Below are positions 59,884 through 64,000 of a stretch of 64,000 nucleotides of DNA, one piece after another. A program made the translations under genes and the position numbers. Source of the stretch: Octopus bimaculoides (lineage: Eukaryota). Under the pieces are notes generated by a model. That model saw nothing but the letters and a program-made list of their open reading frames with translations, made no database searches and had not been told where the DNA came from. Positions within the stretch are counted from its first letter, which is position 1. Each line of letters begins with the position of its first letter. The stretch covers positions 138,540,926-138,604,925 of the forward strand of contig NC_068983.1 in NCBI RefSeq assembly GCF_001194135.2, in the 5' to 3' direction.

Positions 59884-62800
59884 AAGACGCAATGTCATAA
59901 TAACAATCATCTTTGAGAAATGTGCCCTGTCAATATGCTGATAATCGATATATCGCTGGCATTGATATCAACTTCATAGAGCTAACATAGATGAGTACGA
60001 CTACAGATATGTCTTACATTTATACATATAAATTTTTTGGCACAATTTTAAGTTCGGTTTTGGAGTAGAGGGTAAAATGTCAGTTGTGTTTGTGCCAATT
60101 TAAATCCCAGGTAAATTATTATCGGAAAAAAATATGTTCAAAGGCATTTCAATCCTGATCGGCCTTTCTGTTCTGTATAAAATGGATTTCTATTTAAAGA
60201 GTTGTTCATTTTCGACAGAGTGTAGTAGTGTTAACTGAGAATGATTTGGTTACTATTTCTTGCACAACTGTTGACTCGTTGGTTTTTTTCTGTTAGTAAC
60301 CGTTATATTCTATGTAATACATATGTTATAACTTTGGGTTCCATTAAATTTAGTAATATGGAATCCAGATAACCAAAATTATCCATTGCTCTGCAGTGCT
60401 CACCAGTACGAGCCAAAGAGTACAGTGAATTTTTTGACATTGCGTTTCATCTCATAAAATAAAAAAAATCCAGAGACAGTCGTTTCTAAAGACATCTGGG
60501 GTATAAAATAGCGTAGCTTCGAATAAAAATCAAGAATAAGTGCCGTACCAAGAAGTGCACAAATTCTAAAAATAAAAAAAGAATTATTAGTTTGATTACA
60601 AATTAATGTTATGTATTCATCTTTTGGGAGAGACTATATAATATATTATTCCTTAACGACGTAAGGACATTTACGGGGTACAATTAATTGACATGAAACA
60701 CTAACTTAAACTTAATATCGCGTTATGCTTAATAATATTGCTTTCACCTAGAATAGACATAAACGTTAAATAAAGTGTTACAACATATGAGTAGTGTCTT
60801 TTTTCTGAAGCAAATTTGCTTCAGCTGAATGTTAAAATAGCTTTGCAGAATCCATGGCGCTCACTCCATATTTTCACAATTACATTTATTATTTTCCATA
60901 ACAATCAGTTTTCATTTTTTTATTTTTATTTTAACATCTATTTCAGTTTTTCAAGATAGTAATCATTTCTTGATCATTTTACCCCAATTTCGGAAACAAA
61001 TGATTAACGATAGTCTTCAATTCGACTGTAAAAACTGTTTGTACAATGCTTCAATTATATTCATTATCATCGACAGATTATTTTATTTCCTTTAATAATA
61101 TCCTTTCACGTATTTTTCAGAATGTGACTTTCCTCTTTTCTTTATCTCTAATTGCTTAGATAGGAAGTAAAGTATTTGTAACCTCGTCCAAATTATGTGA
61201 CTCTAGAAACTGATTAAATCTGTTCACACAACTGTTAGTAATTGATATTTTATTTTCTTTACATTTCGTTCACATTTTTACAACTTTGTTTCGATAAAAC
61301 AATTTATTGTAGATTAGAGGTAAACTTCCTTTGTTAGACAGTCAGCTAACGAACGAATGGATTAATAGAAACCAGGTTCCCAATTTGGCAGTTTATCTTG
61401 TCACCAGAAATAAACTTTACCCAGGCCCAAGATGTTTCATTCCCAAAACCCCTTGTTAAGCGAACTGAGACATTTGCATTTGGATTGAAGGAATTCAACA
61501 CTCTAATCATTGCCTTCACTTTAAATTTCACGAATGTTTCGCAAATTTGCAGAGTTACTATCCTATAAATATATCAGGACGAGGTTTTTGCTAGCAATGA
61601 TATATACGTATATCATTTGGCTCATGATATATATATATAATTGAATAAGTTGGAGTCTCCACGGAATATTATTCTCCAAATTCGCAGGTATTTAGTTATG
61701 TAACTGTTTCGCTGCAATATGAGCTTGAATATGGATACAGATGTTTATGTGTGTATGCGTATGTATATATGAATTTGTATGTGTGCGTACATGAGTGTAT
61801 GCATGTAAAGTTTTGGGGCATATAATCAGGTACGTATGCATTTGTTTATAGATGAGAGCATGTATGTGTATATAAGGGTATCTATATACGTAGATCTATG
61901 TAGACTGATGTATATGTAGATATAAGTTCGTCATTTGAATGACCGGTGAATTCTTGAAATCAATCAACGGCAATTACAAGCGTAACCGACCATGAAAAAT
62001 GAATTAACAGTGCAAAGAAACAGACTGATATTCCCTTTAATATGACCCGCAATAATTACCATCCATAGCATAACCATTCTCCCTATACATTTGAAGCAAC
62101 TTCTCAACAAGCTTTCAACCACAAAATACATTTTGGAATACTGAGTTGTTAATATTTCGTCGCATAGCTACGACAGACAGAATGGATGCGGTTGAAGCCG
62201 AACATTTGAATTTATGCGACAGGCGAAATATATATCACCTTATCATATGCAACAAATCTCATAATGCAGGGAAACGGCTACATAACAAAATACCTGCGAA
62301 CCTGGAGAAATACGTTGCTTGTAAACAATTCAAATGATTACAAATAAATGTTCCTCTGTACTCCTTCTTGTTCACTCCAACTTATTCAATTATCCATTCA
62401 CACACCACAGAAGGCCAACGCAAATCTGGTAGTAGGTATAATATTACTGTTGGTTAGCACTGGGTGAAATCTAAAGGTAGACAACCTTTATACTGTACTC
62501 TACTACGTTCTTAACCGAATATTACCGACCTATGTATGTATATATAAATTTAAAGCGAATTTCGCTGGGGCGGTTCAGAGTCACTTGGAACTTTGGAGCT
62601 ATAGATTATTTCGCTTTATAATTTCAATATTAAATATCGGGAATTACGTATCCTATTGCGCATCCAACCAATTATATTTGAGAAGCTACTAGCTACGAAA
62701 CGACGAAAAGTAGTCAATGCTAAGATAAAGAGTGTTATATGAGTATTCCTATGCATTTCGTCTGCCATTCTAAGATTCTTACTACTAGCAATCTTCAAAA

Positions 62801-63117
62801 GATAATATATATTTAAAAAAAAGTTCCCAGCATGTAGCTATTTTAGAAATGGTTACAAAAGCAAAATCACGATAAGCTACAGCACCATCTTAGCTGGCAT
62901 TTGACGTTTTCACCAATATCCAGAATGCAATAATAATTTTATTGTAGTTTTGTAGTTGGTATCAGTCTTTATGGGGTTGACACGTAAATACTAATAACAT
63001 AATAATCAATGTTCTCTACAAAAAAGCATAGAATGTTATAGTTTTAAGGATATACAGAGACGCAAATGCACACGTGAGAACCATATATACTGACACGCAC
63101 ACACACGCACACACACA

Positions 63118-63159
<42 letters not shown>

Positions 63160-64000
63160 TAAACAGACTTCCTCGGACAGGCACAGAAAACATACACACA
63201 CATGTAGTAGACCTCTGACTACAAGTGTTCCAGGTGTCTGATTACTGAAGAACCTACTCATTAAATTAGAATGTTAACGGCTGATAATTTTACAAACACG
63301 CGTGTTTAACGTAATTGTTTGGGGGAATGAGAATGATAGTATACGACTATGTCTTGTAGTTTCAGTCACGTGTGCTGTCCATACAACATACTTCTAAACA
63401 TTTTTCGCTTATGAGTTATTTTTTATTTAGAAGACTTGTACCAACTCGATACTATGGTAAGAGACATATTAAAACTAAACTTCGCCCACAGACACGCACA
63501 AGTATACATACATTCTCTGTGTATAATTAATGTGTAATGTCACCGCACTGCTTCTTGTTTGCTTGTTAAAGTTATGTCTCTAGCTTTTCTAGAGAAATTA
63601 TAAGCACTACCGATTGCAAACAACAATGAGATCGAAGTTGAAAAATTGGTAATGGGCGTATATGATATATTTGAAGAGGTTTTGCTCCTTATTCAGCACT
63701 CATCTAATCCATTAATCATCCACGAACTCATTGCTTAAATAGCCACTAAATATAGCGGTGGAACGTTATTGGATATACAAATTTAACATATTAAGCACAT
63801 TTGTAAGATAATCATTGCTGGCTATAATTTCTATAGAAAATCTGTAGAGATAACTTTAACAAGTGAAGTAATAGCGCCGCTAACAAATTAGAACACTTAG
63901 AAAAATGTTTGTTGCATGTTATGGTGGTATAAAGAAATACCATGTCCCTACAAGTCATAAGTATCTACGTACCGGCTTCCAGGAATATATTTAATACATA

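Noticed and set aside
61335-61570. Both strands open for 60-85 codons
   Set aside because: No recognisable domain and no convincing donor site; compatible with chance in 64 kb.
7396-63261. Numerous ORF-track entries rich in YIYI, VCVC, THTH, ERER, poly-K/F/N/Y/S or X
   Set aside because: They are translations of di- and trinucleotide microsatellites or N-gaps, not genes.

Overview
AT-rich, microsatellite-dense eukaryotic DNA from a gapped short-read assembly (nine N-gaps, most flanked by (TA)n). The tRNA-derived SINE families and LINE/PLE remnants match, from recall, those of Octopus (coleoid cephalopod) genomes, so the window is probably intergenic or deep-intronic cephalopod DNA. No host protein-coding gene could be confidently identified, and most listed ORFs are microsatellite, gap or antisense artefacts. 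The window is a transposon graveyard. It holds about 11 copies of SINE family A, 4 copies plus tail fragments of SINE family B, and 1 copy of family C. It also holds a non-autonomous Helitron carrying a 153-bp tandem array, maT (DD37D-type) and mariner remnants, a mariner MITE, a hAT remnant, CR1/L2-like pieces, three R4/Dong-like pieces, three Penelope-like remnants, a Ty3/Gypsy pol remnant and a decayed 5S rRNA copy. Most interesting observations: (i) a three-level nest in which an ORF1-only (gag-knuckle) L1/Tx1-like element lacking endonuclease and RT sits inside a SINE, which sits inside a hAT; (ii) a 5S rRNA copy joined to a SINE 3' tail (possible 5S-headed SINE); (iii) four unrelated long hairpin/foldback structures; (iv) a 71-bp templated insertion apparently copied from 2 kb upstream; (v) a candidate micro-exon whose splice donor sits in a hairpin loop. 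All family assignments come from hand translation and remembered motifs; no database search was run.
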